Of a DNA stretch of 64,000 nucleotides, positions 25,900 through 38,771 are shown in pieces. The position numbers were made by a program, and so were the translations under genes. Source of the DNA: Eledone cirrhosa (lineage: Eukaryota); the NCBI GenBank assembly GCA_964016885.1, contig OZ024742.1, positions 371,938,001 to 372,002,000 on the forward strand, read 5' to 3'. Within the stretch, counting starts at the first letter, position 1. Each line of letters starts with the position of its first letter. The notes beneath the pieces were generated by a model, which saw nothing but the letters and a program-made list of their open reading frames with translations, did not search any database and had not been told where the DNA came from.

Positions 25900-28200
25900 C
25901 ACGTATAGATCGTACTATCCGTTAGGGTATAATGTGGGGCTGTAATACAGGAAAGTTTTGTGCAATTTATGTTTACAAGCCAAAATTGCCTCAGATTTTT
26001 TGTTTAAGATGTGGTCTGTGGCGTAGAGTATTTCCAGGGCCTCAGCGGCACAGAGGTCACATGGTTTTTTTATTTCCATTATACGATCTAGCCCTAGCTA
26101 GGATCTCCCAGTGTAACTTATATTGGGTGTGGTTGTCTTTTAGACCCCAGATATAAGCTGAAAGTGACGTCATATTCCTTCTTAGAGGGTAACGAAAAGA
26201 ATGGGTATGCATGTAAAGACGCTGCTTGAATCTATTGGCGGTTAACCCTATGTAGGCCCTACGGGACGTGGGTGTTACAACCTTACATTTGTAGACAATG
26301 TTACTAGAGAGGCATTTCCCGGATAGGGGCTATCAACCCGATTCCTACAATTACAGTTAGTACTAACTACAGGGTTGCACGTGTTCCTACGGCTAGGTAG
26401 TTTAGCTAAATTAGAAGCTGTGATGTTATGTGCAAGGTTAGGAGTCGTAGAGTAAGAAATTTTAATAGTATTTCTATTAAAAATTTTACTATATTTATGT
26501 GTAGGGGGAAAATGCTTCGTAATAAGGGATAGAAAGATCTTAGCTAATGGTGTGGCCACCTCCATATTATATGGTGGGTTATACCATATAATGCAACGGG
26601 ATCTATTTCTTCTAGGTCTATTCTCGTACTCTGTATATTCTACCTTATCAACAATTCCACTCCAAGCAAGAGCTTCATTGTAATAAGTGGAATGGTCGTT
26701 GAAAATATGCTCGTTAGTAGATAGACGGGAAAGCCTCAACGAAACGTTTCTTACCAGGTTCTTGGTTATGCTGGCAGGATGGTTGGAATGCTTACTTATG
26801 TAATTAAGCGTATCATTCGGCTTTCTATACGGGTAATACAAGCCATTCGATAAATTGAAGGTAACGTTGAGGTAATTAACAACCGAGAGGTTGGCCTCAA
26901 CCTGTATAGAGAGGTTGAAGCCTTTAAAGAAGGCTGTGAGTTCTTTTCTGAACCTGTCGCAAGCACGAGGGCCGCACTTAGTCATGGTCAAAAGACCATC
27001 ATCACGGTACAAACCACCGCCCGCGTTGGGGAATTCGTCCTTGATAGAGAAAAGAAGGAAAAGGCCGATAAGATCAGTAACCTTCACAGAATCGTTGGCG
27101 CCCATACTCACGTCGAATGGGGTACTATTGAATTTTTTAATCCAAATAGAGTCGTCGAAATTAATCACCGACTTACGGGCATTGAGGATGACATCAACTT
27201 CGAAATCCTTAACCACTGTGAGTGTTTTAGCGAAATTGATAGCTCTAAGGAGAAGTGGTAAAGTGATGGAGTAGTAATAATTATTGATGTCGAATTGGAT
27301 AAAACGGCAATGTTCCTTGTTACATATGCCGTTGAACCAATCAATCACCGCGAAAGAATTGTTCCACAGTGCAAGAGGGGCCAAACTTCTAATTTCAGGT
27401 ATAATTCTATCAAGAATCCTTTTACTAAGTCTACCTAAATCGGACTTCGTAGGGTTAATAAGCTGAATAGAGGGGTTGTTCGGAAAATTGGATTTGTGAT
27501 CCTTCAGGGTAAAGTGGGGAGAAATAGGGTCCAGAGGTTCGGTCCGGTCCAGGATGTTGAGATCAGAGGTGATTTTAAACCCAGCATTGTTGATTTCATT
27601 GATGACGCACCGATTAGTTTTACGGTAATCCTTAGTTACAGCATTATGTAGTAGTTGATGGTAAGTACTGCGCTCCACTTGATATAGGTTGCCAGTTTTG
27701 TCGGAATGGACGTGCACGGCATTAGAATCCTTAATAGAACAAATTCTATTCTTCAGGTCCTGCTGGAAGGAATTGCTCCTATTCCGAAATTTGATACTCC
27801 GAATGAGTTCCAAGACATCATTTTCGAAGGGTAGCAATGCTGGGTTACACGGAGGGTTATTATAGGTTTTAAACCCAAATTTATCCTGTTTGTTGTCTGC
27901 TTTTCGCGGATTATCGAAATAAAAGGCACGCCAACGCAACCTTTTAATGAACGCGTCTGTTTTCTGTATCAGGAGTTTTAGGTATGTTTTCCTGCTTGGT
28001 ACGGGTATGTTCTTTGTAGAAATATTCAGATGCTGTTTCTGCATGATGAATATAAGTCAATAGAGTGCTCAACCGAGGGTGAAAGCAGCGATTCTTTGCT
28101 TAAACTTTAATCTGTTATTTTAATAAATATTTGCTCTACGGTTCTTATATATTTGATATATATTTATCCTTATCGAGCCCTCTTAGGATTTTAGTCTTCA
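25900..28200 (-). mobile_element. Penelope-like retroelement (RT plus GIY-YIG endonuclease), nearly intact
   Basis: 589-aa ORF 26275-28044 with FIQFDI, VSMG, GLYRDD and KHSNHP motifs; after a frameshift near 26330 it reads NIVYKC..AYIGLT..FKQR (GIY-YIG) and ends LNKKSE..ACKHK. Confidence 0.9.
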
Positions 28201-28244
28201 AATTTATTATTATTACTATATATATATATATAAAAATAATAATA

Positions 28245-29368
28245 AAATTATTGTGTAAAGTGCTCAGGTGCGCTACAACTCGTCAAAGGTGCATGTTTAG
28301 TACATAGAATAATGCACAAATGTCAGGGAAGTGAATAGTGTATGAGTCATGATATACATGTGTGTATGTGTATGGAGAGGGAACATTAGGTGTAGTGTTG
28401 GCAAATCTCAGGAAGCATGGAGGTTTTAAAGGATGCAGTGCCTCGACAGCTAACAACCGATGCAGGTAGTTTGTTCCATGCTTCAGCAACTCTAAGCGTG
28501 AAAAAATGTTTCCGAAAGTCATGGGAACTGTGCTGTTTTCTGACTTTGTGGGCATGTCCACGTGCGTTAGACACATGGAAATCAAAAAGGTACTCAGGGT
28601 TGTTGTTGGCAAGATGGTTAATAATCTTGTGGGTGTTTACCAAGTCAGTTGCCAGGCGTCGGAGCTTCATTGTATCCATGCCCAGGGAAGCAAGGCGTTC
28701 AGAGTATGGTAGATGCCTGATGGAGGGTATTCACTTGGTTGCACGTCTCTGTAGAGTTTCCAGGCGGTCAATGCTCTGAGCAAGATAGGGGTTCCAGACT
28801 GGTGATGCAAATTCTAAGTGTGGCCGCACCATAGCCATGTACAACCTTAAATAAATAGCTGGAGAGCGGCTGACAAAGGTCTTGCTGAGTGATGCTAAGA
28901 CACCCTCGGCCCTCTTGACAATTTTAGAGACGTGCTTCGTCCAACGCAAATCGCTGCTGACCGTAATGCCCAGGTCACGTTCACAAGAAGAATTCTTGAT
29001 ATTAGTGTTGTGGAGGGAGTATGTGGACGCTGGGTTTTTACTCCCAAAATGCATGGTGGTGCACTTGTCCACAGCTAGCTTGAGTTACCAATCTGAGATC
29101 CATTGTTGCATAGTGTCCAGGTCAGACTGCAAGCAAGATCTATAGTGTTCAGGATCTGTCCTTTTTATCTCAAGGTACAGCTTGATGTCATCTACGTACT
29201 TCAGCACTGTGGCATTCTTTAAGTTGGCATCTATGTCATTAATATATGCCACAAACAAGAGGGGGCCAAGAACAGATCCCTGTGGTACACCAGATGACAT
29301 CTCATATGGTGAGGAATGCTGTCCCACAACTGTGACTACCTCTCTTCGACTGAGAATGAAGGACCAGT
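28245..29368 (-). mobile_element. 5'-truncated CR1/L2-group LINE fragment
   Basis: SGVPQGSVLGPLLF, KYVDD, ERDLGI, RPHLEFASPVWNP, RVAEAWNKLP motifs. Confidence 0.9.
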
Positions 29369-30599
29369 TATATATATTATAAAACAGAAAACAAAAAAAC
29401 AAAAACAAAGAGTGCAGTACAAAGTGTTAGTATTAGGTTCACATGTGTGTATGTATATATGTGTGCGTGAGTGTGTGTGCACATTTTTGTGATTGGAAAA
29501 ATTTTGGGGACCTACCATTTGGATTTTACCATTTACAATCTATGGAGAGGAATAAAAGATCTTTAGAATAAAAATTTAAAAGGATTGGTTGCGGACCAGA
29601 ATCCACTGTCATATTCCACTGGCGACAACGCATGGAACCAGCCTGGAGCAATTATATCACACAATTACACATTCCTCCTTCACGTACACTTACAATTTCT
29701 ACCCCAACCCCTCAAAAAAAAATTATAAATGGTGAGGAACTGGCACGAGCTTCACAAGAAGAGATAACACTTGGCACCACCCATTCCCCTCTTGAAATAA
29801 CCTGAATCTATTTATAGATAGGTGTGACTGAAAGGTTAATCCATACTTCCACTTTATTTCACAGAATTAGAAGCTTTGACCACTTGATAGAATTCAGGAC
29901 CAGTAATGTAAACATTCTGTAATTGTAAACATCTTGTATCACTAACATTCCTTTCATTCTTTTCAAAGTGACCATATTAAACTATCGCATATATATACGT
30001 TAGTTCATTAACTTCAATAATTTTCAAAATGAGAGTAAATAACGACACAGTCCATTACCAAAATAACATTCACAATTTTTTTTAAGACATGGATATCGTT
30101 TTTATAACATATAAATAAATTTACAGTAGAATAACATAACAAATATGTTTTAAATATATACATAAATAACATTACAAATGCTTAGATAACATTATAAATT
30201 GCTCGTGATTCTTTCAGAATGATATATTCCTTTAATGTTGCAATATTAAAGAAAATATAAAGGAAGGGGTGAACAACGGAGCCAACACCAGAGCAAAAGA
30301 CAGCAGCATCACAAATTGTATTAGAAACTGACCAAACTCCTAAATGGCAATAACCAATGACCCCTGCATCTTCGGTCAGAAGGCATTTGATCTTCAGCAG
30401 CCGAAATAGGGAGCTGTATCAACTACCATTACCATTGACAGCAACAGTGACAATAACACCAGCAACAACAACATATATGTGTATACACTAACATCATACC
30501 AGCAATCACTACCACTACCATTAACAAGAGAAAGCCAACACTAGCAGCAGTGACAATAACAACACCAGCAACAACAACAAATCACTTGTGTTGGCTTGA

Positions 30600-32010
30600 C
30601 GTGTCGAGCCTCCAGTGCCCTCGCAGCGTGGAGATGCAGAAACTGTCTCTTCCTCTCGTCTACTCAGCTGCGACCATCTGGCGCACCATCGAGATGAGAC
30701 AGCAAGCTTGTCTGATGCTCAAGCCTTGCTGGTCAACATCGCTCGGCTCCGGCGGCTCCAGAAGATTCCCCTCAAGACCTCCAGAGCAGCCCGGGTGCCG
30801 GTAGCCGATGCCCTCGCTTCCTCAATTGAGAGGGCCCTGGACTGTAATCGAGCCAGCAACTGAGAGCGCCTCTTTTATTTCGCCCTACTCGCTCTCGGCC
30901 TCCCCAACTCTGGCTCTGACTGAGGTGGCCTGTCGACAGCAGCCTTTGTCAAGGCCAATGTTTCGACCTTTGGCCAAGCGCCCATCCCAAGCGTGCCGAA
31001 GGACGCCACACCCTCTGCTCTCAGGTGTCTTCAATCCTCCACCCCTGAGGCCACCGCCAAGAGTTTACGTGACCGCGTAAACGCCAAACTAATCATGGGT
31101 GATGTCTCGGTTGCAGTCCGAGTGGTTGCCTCAGAGGACACTGTCCTCCAACCCACCGAGGAGGTCCTGGCTGCCCTGCGACTCAAGCACTCTGAGCCAC
31201 CCGCTGACCTTAGATCCATACCCCCAGCTGATCCTCAATTGCTCCTTGTGGCTTCCGACACAGACATCATGTCTGCCATCAAGTCTTTCCCAGCTAGCAG
31301 CAGCGGCGGTGCTGATGGTCTCCCACCTGGCCATCTCAAGGAGTTGTTATCCACCCTCTCTGCTGAGGCTGGGCGCCACCTTCTGAGTGCAATTCTGGCA
31401 CTCACCAACAGGATCATCGATGGTGCCCTGGACCCTCACGTCCGATGCCTCTTTCTTTCGACGAGCCTGGCCGCTCTCAGAAAGAAATAGGGTGGTATGT
31501 GCCTCATCGCTGTGGGCAATGTCTTCCGGAGGCTGGCTGGTAAGGTGGTCTGCAGGTCCATAACACCTGAACTGGGTGAGGAGCTCAGTCCAGTGCAACT
31601 GGGTGTCGGCATGTCCAGTGGTTGTGAGGAGCCACACATGCAGCCAAGTAGTTCTTCAATAGCTGCCCACTGGGACCGGCAACCAGGCACCTCATTGTCA
31701 AGCTTGACATGAGGAATGCCTTCAACTGCATACGCCGTGACCATCTGTTCAATGCCGACCTCAGCTGAGCCCCCTCTGCCTACCCGCTGGCCTACCTGTC
31801 ATATGGAGCCCCAAGCATGCTCCTTGCTGCTGATACCTTCAGCCACTGGGATCCAACAGGGTTACCCTTTGGGCCCCCTCCTGTTTGCTCTTGGCATAGA
31901 CCACATTGCCCGGAGTATCACGCCCCCTCTCAACGTTTGGTACCTGGATGATGCTACGTTGGGCGTCTGCCATGACCTACAATCAGTGGTTCCCCTCCCA
32001 GCTCGAGCCG
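30600..32010 (+). mobile_element. Decayed CRE-clade (restriction-like endonuclease) non-LTR retrotransposon RT fragment
   Basis: SSGGADGL, IAVGNVFRRL, QLGVG, GIQQGYPLGPLLF and WYLDD motifs across frameshifts. Confidence 0.8.
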
Positions 32011-32041
32011 GTGGAGCTGGACCAAATGGTCGGCAAAAGGC

Positions 32042-32195
32042 CAGGTAATACATACATCTAGAGCTACATACAACACACAAGCAGGTAATACACACATCTA
32101 GGACCACATACAACACACAAGCAGGTAATACATACATCTAAGACCACATACAACACACAAGCAGGTAATACACACATCTAAGACTACATACAACA
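32042..32195. repeat. 40-bp tandem repeat, about 4 copies
   Basis: CAGGTAATACA(C/T)ACATCTA recurs at 32042, 32082, 32122 and 32162. Confidence 0.9.
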
Positions 32196-32294
32196 AAAGG
32201 TAGGCGAAAGTGATGGACAAACGAACCGCTGCCAGAACAAAAGATAACAATATAGCGAGGAGCACTGGAAAACCTCTCTAATAATTTTTTCTAC

Positions 32295-32470
32295 TTTAGG
32301 CACAAGGCCAGCAATTAACCAGTGCATTACTGGTATTTTATTTTATCAACCCCGTAAGGATGAAAGGCAAAGTTAACTTAGCGGGATTTGAACTCAGAAT
32401 GGCAAGGGCCATAACTCTATACGTCAAAGCATGGCGTCCGACCTTCTACCGATACTGCCAATCCACCGGT
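32295..32470 (-). mobile_element. tRNA-derived SINE
   Basis: Reverse complement of the 15906 family. Confidence 0.8.
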
Positions 32471-33189
32471 TTTAGGCAAGCCAGCACACTTGCAGCATTA
32501 TCTCGGGTGATGACGAAGCTGAGCTCTGGAAATTACAAACACATTATCTATCAAACTTCAACACATACAAATATATTTCTATTACTTAATTACATAAATA
32601 TTTCACATTAAAATATAGAATCAAAATAAAAGAAAATATTAATTCAACACATGTGTGCTAATCAGTCACAGACCACAAGGGGTGCCGGAGCCTCTAATAT
32701 GTTTTTGAGGGAAGCCAACACGGTAGCATTACAGCGGGTGATGGCGTCGCTAAGACCTCAAACCTGACATCAGCTACATATGTATAGAAATGGTGTATAT
32801 ATGTAGCTTTTATTTACAAAGGTATAACAGTAGAATAACATTGCAAGTATGTTTTAAATGATTGTGAATACTGGCCACTGCAATTAGCATAACCATTGTA
32901 GACGATAGATGTCCATGTGGGTACATGATAACTATATATATTTTTCGCAAAAGGATACTATATATATATTTATATATATATACATAAATAACATTACAAA
33001 TGCGTAAAAAAACATTATAAATTGCTCGCAATTCGTTCAGAAGGACATTACAAATATATTGTCTAAACCGTGTATAAAAACACAATAATATAATTTCATT
33101 GAACAAAAATGATAAAGGAAAGAAAAAAGAAGAGAAAAAAAGGGGAGGGACAATTCACCCCTAAGTGTGATAATCTGCCGCACCTCACA

Positions 33190-33585
33190 CCTTAGGGGTT
33201 AACTATACACTTTGAGCCAAGCCAACACGCTTGCAGCATGACACCTCAGTATGGTGAGATGACAAGAACTTCGCTGTCAGCGGCCCAATTCCACCGATCG
33301 TCTCGAACGCCACAGGCTGGAAAAAATAATTGTTTAATAAGTCCTGGTATTTCCGAATTTTATTCTGTTCGGCAACGGAAGCAGTGACCCCCCCCCCCCC
33401 AAACATTCACCGCAGCGTCCATGACATGGGATGGGGTAAAAGAGTCACTGACTGTGATGTTCCAGATGAGACATCTACCTCTCACCCAGAGACAAAGGGT
33501 AAGGTCGTCTGGTCTCTTCCCATCACTTCTGGATAAACTAGCCGGGTCCAGAACTGTGGGGATATTAACCCGAGCCAGGTCCCGT
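33190..33585 (-). mobile_element. Restriction-like endonuclease fragment of a CRE-like retrotransposon
   Basis: AEQNKIRKY..FQPVAFETIGGIGP resembles the RLE C-terminal signature. Confidence 0.7.
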
Positions 33586-33956
33586 TAACAGTGTAAATAT
33601 TATATTATATATATACAACGGTGTAATATATATTTATATATACACCGAGTATAGCGTAATATCAGCTACAGATGTGTAGGAATAGTGTATATATTATATC
33701 ACATATATACAACAATGTATATGTAGCGACGTAGTTAGTCAGTCTGGTCACTACTTCCGATCAGATCCGAGAATAGCCCTTAGAAGGAGTGTTATCGCAT
33801 ACGGTCTGATCAGATCTGAAGATAGCCCTTAAAAGGACTGTTGTCGCATATAGCCCTTAAAAGAACTGTTGAGGATGGACAGACGAAAGCACAAGTTGAA
33901 AGGACGAAGCAAGGCGAGATGTAAATTCGATCAGATATTTATTTTCACATGAAGCG

Positions 33957-36900
33957 ACGATACGAGGTACAAGGCGTGTGTGAGGTACAAAGTGTGGCAG
34001 AGGCGAGGAACAACGATACGAGGTACAAGGTGTGTGTGAGTGACAAAGCATGGCAGAGGTGAGGAACAACGATACGAGGTACAAGGTGTGTGTGAGTGAC
34101 AAAGCATGGCAGAGGCGAGGAACAACGATACGAAGTACAAGGTGTGTGTGAGTGACAAAGCGTGGCAGAGGCGAGGAACAACGATACGAGGTACAAGGTG
34201 TGTGTGAGTGACAAAGTGTGGCAGAGGCGAGGAACAACGATACGAGGTACAAGGTGTGTGAGTGACAAAGTGTGGCAGAGGCGAGGAACAACGATACGAG
34301 GTACAAGGTGTGTGTGAGTGACAAAGTGTGGCAGAGGCGAGGAACAACGATACGAGGTACAAGGTGTGTGTGAGTGACAAAGCGTGGCAGAGGCGAGGAA
34401 CAACGATACGAGGTACAAGGTGTGTGTGAGTGACAAAGTGTGGCAGAGGCGAGGAACAACGATACGAGGTACAAGGTGTGTGTGAGTGACAAAGCGTGGC
34501 AGAGGCGAGGAACAACGATACGAGGTACAAGGTGTGTGTGAGTGACAAAGCGTGGCAGAGGCGAGGAACAACGATACGAGGTACAAGGTGTGTGTGAGTG
34601 ACAAAGTGTGGCAGAGGCGAGGAACAACGATACGAGGTACAAGGTGTGTGTGAGTGACAAAGCGTGGCAGAGGCGAGGAACAACGATACGAGGTACAAGG
34701 TGTGTGTGAGTGACAAAGTGTGGCAGAGGCGAGGAACAACGATACGAGGTACAAGGTGTGTGTGAGTGACAAAGCGTGGCAGAGGCGAGGAACAACGATA
34801 CGAGGTACAAGGTGTGTGTGAGTGACAAAGCGTGGCAGAGGCGAGGAACAACGATACGAGGTACAAGGTGTGTGTGAGTGACAAAGTGTGGCAGAGGCGA
34901 GGAACAACGATACGAGGTACAAGGTGTGTGAGTGACAAAGTGTGGCAGAGGCGAGGAACAACGATACGAGGTACAAGGTGTGTGTGAGTGACAAAGTGTG
35001 GCAGAGGCGAGGAACAACGATACGAGGTACAAGGTGTGTGTGAGTGACAAAGCATGGCAGAGGCGAGGAACAACGATACGAGGTACAAGGTGTGTGTGAG
35101 TGACAAAGTGTGACAGAGGCGAGGAACAACGATACGAGGTACAAGGTGTGTGTGAGTGACAAAGTGTGGCAGAGGCGAGGAACAACGATACGAGGTATAA
35201 GGTGTGTGTGAGTGACAAAGCGTGGCAGAGGCGAGGAACAACGATACGAGGTACAAGGTGTGTGTGAGTGACAAAGCGTGGCAGAGGCGAGGAACAACGA
35301 TACGAGGTACAAGGTGTGTGTGAGTGACAAAGCATGGCAGAGGCGAGGAACAACGATACAAGGTACAAGGTGTGTGTGAGTGACAAAGTGTGACAGAGGC
35401 GAGGAACAACAATACGAGGTACAAGGTGTGTGTGAGTGACAAAGTGTGGCAGAGGTGAGGAACAACGATACGAGGTACAAGGTGTGTGTGAGTGACAAAG
35501 TGTGGCAGAGGCGAGGAACAACGATACGAGGTACAAGGTGTGTGTGAGTGACAAAGCATGGCAGAGGCGAGGAACAACGATACGAGGTACAAGGTGTGTG
35601 TGAGTGACAAAGTGTGACAGAGGCGAGGAACAACAATACGAGGTACAAGGTGTGTGTGAGTGACAAAGCATGGCAGAGGCGAGGAACAACGATACGAGGT
35701 ACAAGGTGTGTGTGAGTGACAAAGCATGGCAGAGGCGAGGAACAACAATACGAGGTACAAGGTGTGTGTGAGTGACAAAGCGTGGCAGAGGCGAGGAACA
35801 ACGATACGAGGTACAAGGTGTGTGTGAGTGACAAAGTGTGGCAGAGGCGAGGAACAACGATACGAGGTACAAGGTGTGTGTGAGTGACAAAGTATGGCAG
35901 AGGCGAGGAACAACGATACGAGGTACAAGGTGTGTGTGAGTGACAAAGTGTGACAGAGGCGAGGAACAACAATACGAGGTACAAGGTGTGTGTGAGTGAC
36001 AAAGCATGGCAGAGGCGAGGAACAACCATACGAGGTACAAGGTGTGTGTGAGTGACAAAGTGTGGCAGAGGCGAGGAACAACGATACGAGGTACAAGGTG
36101 TGTGTGAGTGACAAAGTGTGGCAGAGGCGAGGAACAACGATACGAGGTACAAGGTGTGTGTGAGTGACAAAGCGTGGCAGAGGCGAGGAACAACGATACG
36201 AGGTACAAGGTGTGTGTGAGTGACAAAGCATGGCAGAGGCGAGGAACAACGATACGAGGTACAAGGTGTGTGTGAGTGACAAAGTGTGGCAGAGGCGAGG
36301 AACAACGATACGAGGTACAAGGTGTGTGTGAGTGACAAAGCATGGCAGAGGCGAGGAACAACGATACGAGGTACAAGGTGTGTGTGAGTGACAAAGTGTG
36401 GCAGAGGCGAGGAACAACGATACGAGGTACAAGGTGTGTGTGAGTGACAAAGCATGGCAGAGGCGAGGAACAACGATACGAGGTACAAGGTGTGTGTGAG
36501 TGACAAAGTGTGATAGAGGCGAGGAACAACGATACGAGGTACAAGGTGTGTGTGAGTGACAAAGCATGGCAGAGGCGAGGAACAACGATACGAGGTACAA
36601 GGTGTGTGTGAGTGACAAAGCATGGCAGAGGCGAGGAACAACGATACGAGGTACAAGGTGTGTGTGAGTGACAAAGTGTGGCAGAGGTGAGGAACAACGA
36701 TACGAGGTACAAGGTGTGTGTGAGTGACAAAGCATGGCAGAGGCGAGGAACAACGATACGAGGTACAAGGTGTGTGTGAGTGACAAAGTGTGGCAGAGGC
36801 GAGGAACAACGATACGAGGTACAAGGTGTGTGTGAGTGACAAAGTGTGGCAGAGGTGAGGAACAACGATACGAGGTACAAGGTGTGTGTGAGTGACAAAG

Positions 36901-38270
36901 TGTGGCAGAGGCGAGGAACAACGATACGAGGTACAAGGTGTGTGTGAGTGACAAAGTGTGGCAGAGGCGAGGAACAACGATACGAGGTACAAGGTGTGTG
37001 TGAGTGACAAAGCGTGGCAGAGGCGAGGAACAATGATACGAGGTACAAGGTGTGTGTGAGTGACAAAGCATGGCAGAGGCGAGGAACAACGATACGAGGT
37101 ACAAGGTGTGTGTGAGTGACAAAGCGTGGCAGAGGCGAGGAACAACGATACGAGGTACAAGGTGTGTGTGAGTGACAAAGTGTGGCAGAGGCGAGGAACA
37201 ACGATACGAGGTACAAGGTGTGTGTGAGTGACAAAGTGTGGCAGAGGCGAGGAACAACGATACGAGGTACAAGGTGTGTGTGAGTGACAAAGCGTGGCAG
37301 AGGCGAGGAACAACGATACGAGGTACAAGGTGTGTGTGAGTGACAAAGCGTGGCAGAGGCGAGGAACAACGATACGAGGTACAAGGTGTGTGTGAGTGAC
37401 AAAGCGTGGCAGAGGCGAGGAACAACGATACGAGGTACAAGGTGTGTGTGAGTGACAAAGTGTGGCAGAGGCGAGGAACAACGATACGAGGTACAAGGTG
37501 TGTGTGAGTGACAAAGTGTTGCAGAGGCGAGGAACAACGATACGAGGTACAAGGTGTGTGTGAGTGACAAAGCGTGGCAGAGGCGAGGAACAACGATACG
37601 AGGTACAAGGTGTGTGTGAGTGACAAAGCGTGGCATAGGCGAGGAACAACGATACGAGGTACAAGGTGTGTGTGAGTGACAAAGCGTGGCAGAGGCGAGG
37701 AACAACGATACGAGGTACAAGGTGTGTGTGAGTGACAAAGTGTGGCAGAGGCGAGGAACAACGATACGAGGTACAAGGTGTGTGTGAGTGACAAAGTGTT
37801 GCAGAGGCGAGGAACAACGATACGAGGTACAAGGTGTGTGTGAGTGACAAAGCGTGGCAGAGGCGAGGAACAACGATACGAGGTACAAGGTGTGTGTGAG
37901 TGACAAAGCGTGGCAGAGGCGAGGAACAACGATACGAGGTACAAGGTGTGTGTGAGTGACAAAGTATGGCAGAGGCGAGGAACAACGATACGAGGTACAA
38001 GGTGTGTGAGTGACAAAGCATGGCAGAGGCGAGGAACAATGATATGAGGTACAAGGTGTGTGTGAGTGACAAAGCGTGGCAGAGGCGAGGAACAACGATA
38101 CGAGGTACAAGGTGTGTGTGAGTGACAAAGCGTGGCAGAGGCGAGGAACAACGATACGAGGTACAAGGTGTGTGTGAGTGACAAAGCGTGGCAGAGGCGA
38201 GGAACAATGATACGAGGTACAAGGTGTGTGTGAGTGACAAAGCGTGGCAGAGGCGAGGAACAATGATACG
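33957..38270. repeat. 56-bp minisatellite (GAGGTACAAGGTGTGTGTGAGTGACAAAGYRTGGCAGAGGCGAGGAACAACGATAC), about 77 units
   Basis: Directly visible and highly homogeneous; occasional 2-bp GT slippage. Confidence 0.97.
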
Positions 38271-38771
38271 CGAGTTGAATCTGCCAAATGTCGACTGGCG
38301 AAGTGTTTGGAACCACTCTATGTATACAGAAATAAACGTTTGATGTTTAGCTGCTGTGTAGGTGTTTATTCTGGTAGCTTTTAAGGATTCTTTCGTTTCA
38401 CGTTGAGGTAGCTAGCTAACAGGTAGATGGCGCTGTATATTTCACTATTATATCACATATATACAACAGTGTATATATTATATCTCTATATATAACAGTG
38501 ATACTGTAATACCAGCTACAGTTGTATAAAAATCGTGTATATATTATATCTATATATCCCTATATATACAATGGTGATATTGTAATGTCAGCTACAGATG
38601 TATAGAAATATTGTATATATTATATTTATATATACAGCAGTGTAATATAATCTATATATAGAGCGGTGTAAAATATTATATCTGTATATACAGTAGTATA
38701 ATATATATCTATATATACAGCAGTGTAATATATTATATCTATATATAGAGAGCAGTGTAATATATAATATA

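Noticed and set aside
33857-38316. Three overlapping ORFs of more than 1400 aa on the minus strand
   Set aside because: All three frames are open because the 56-bp unit lacks minus-strand stops; 2-bp slippages are tolerated, so there is no frame constraint.
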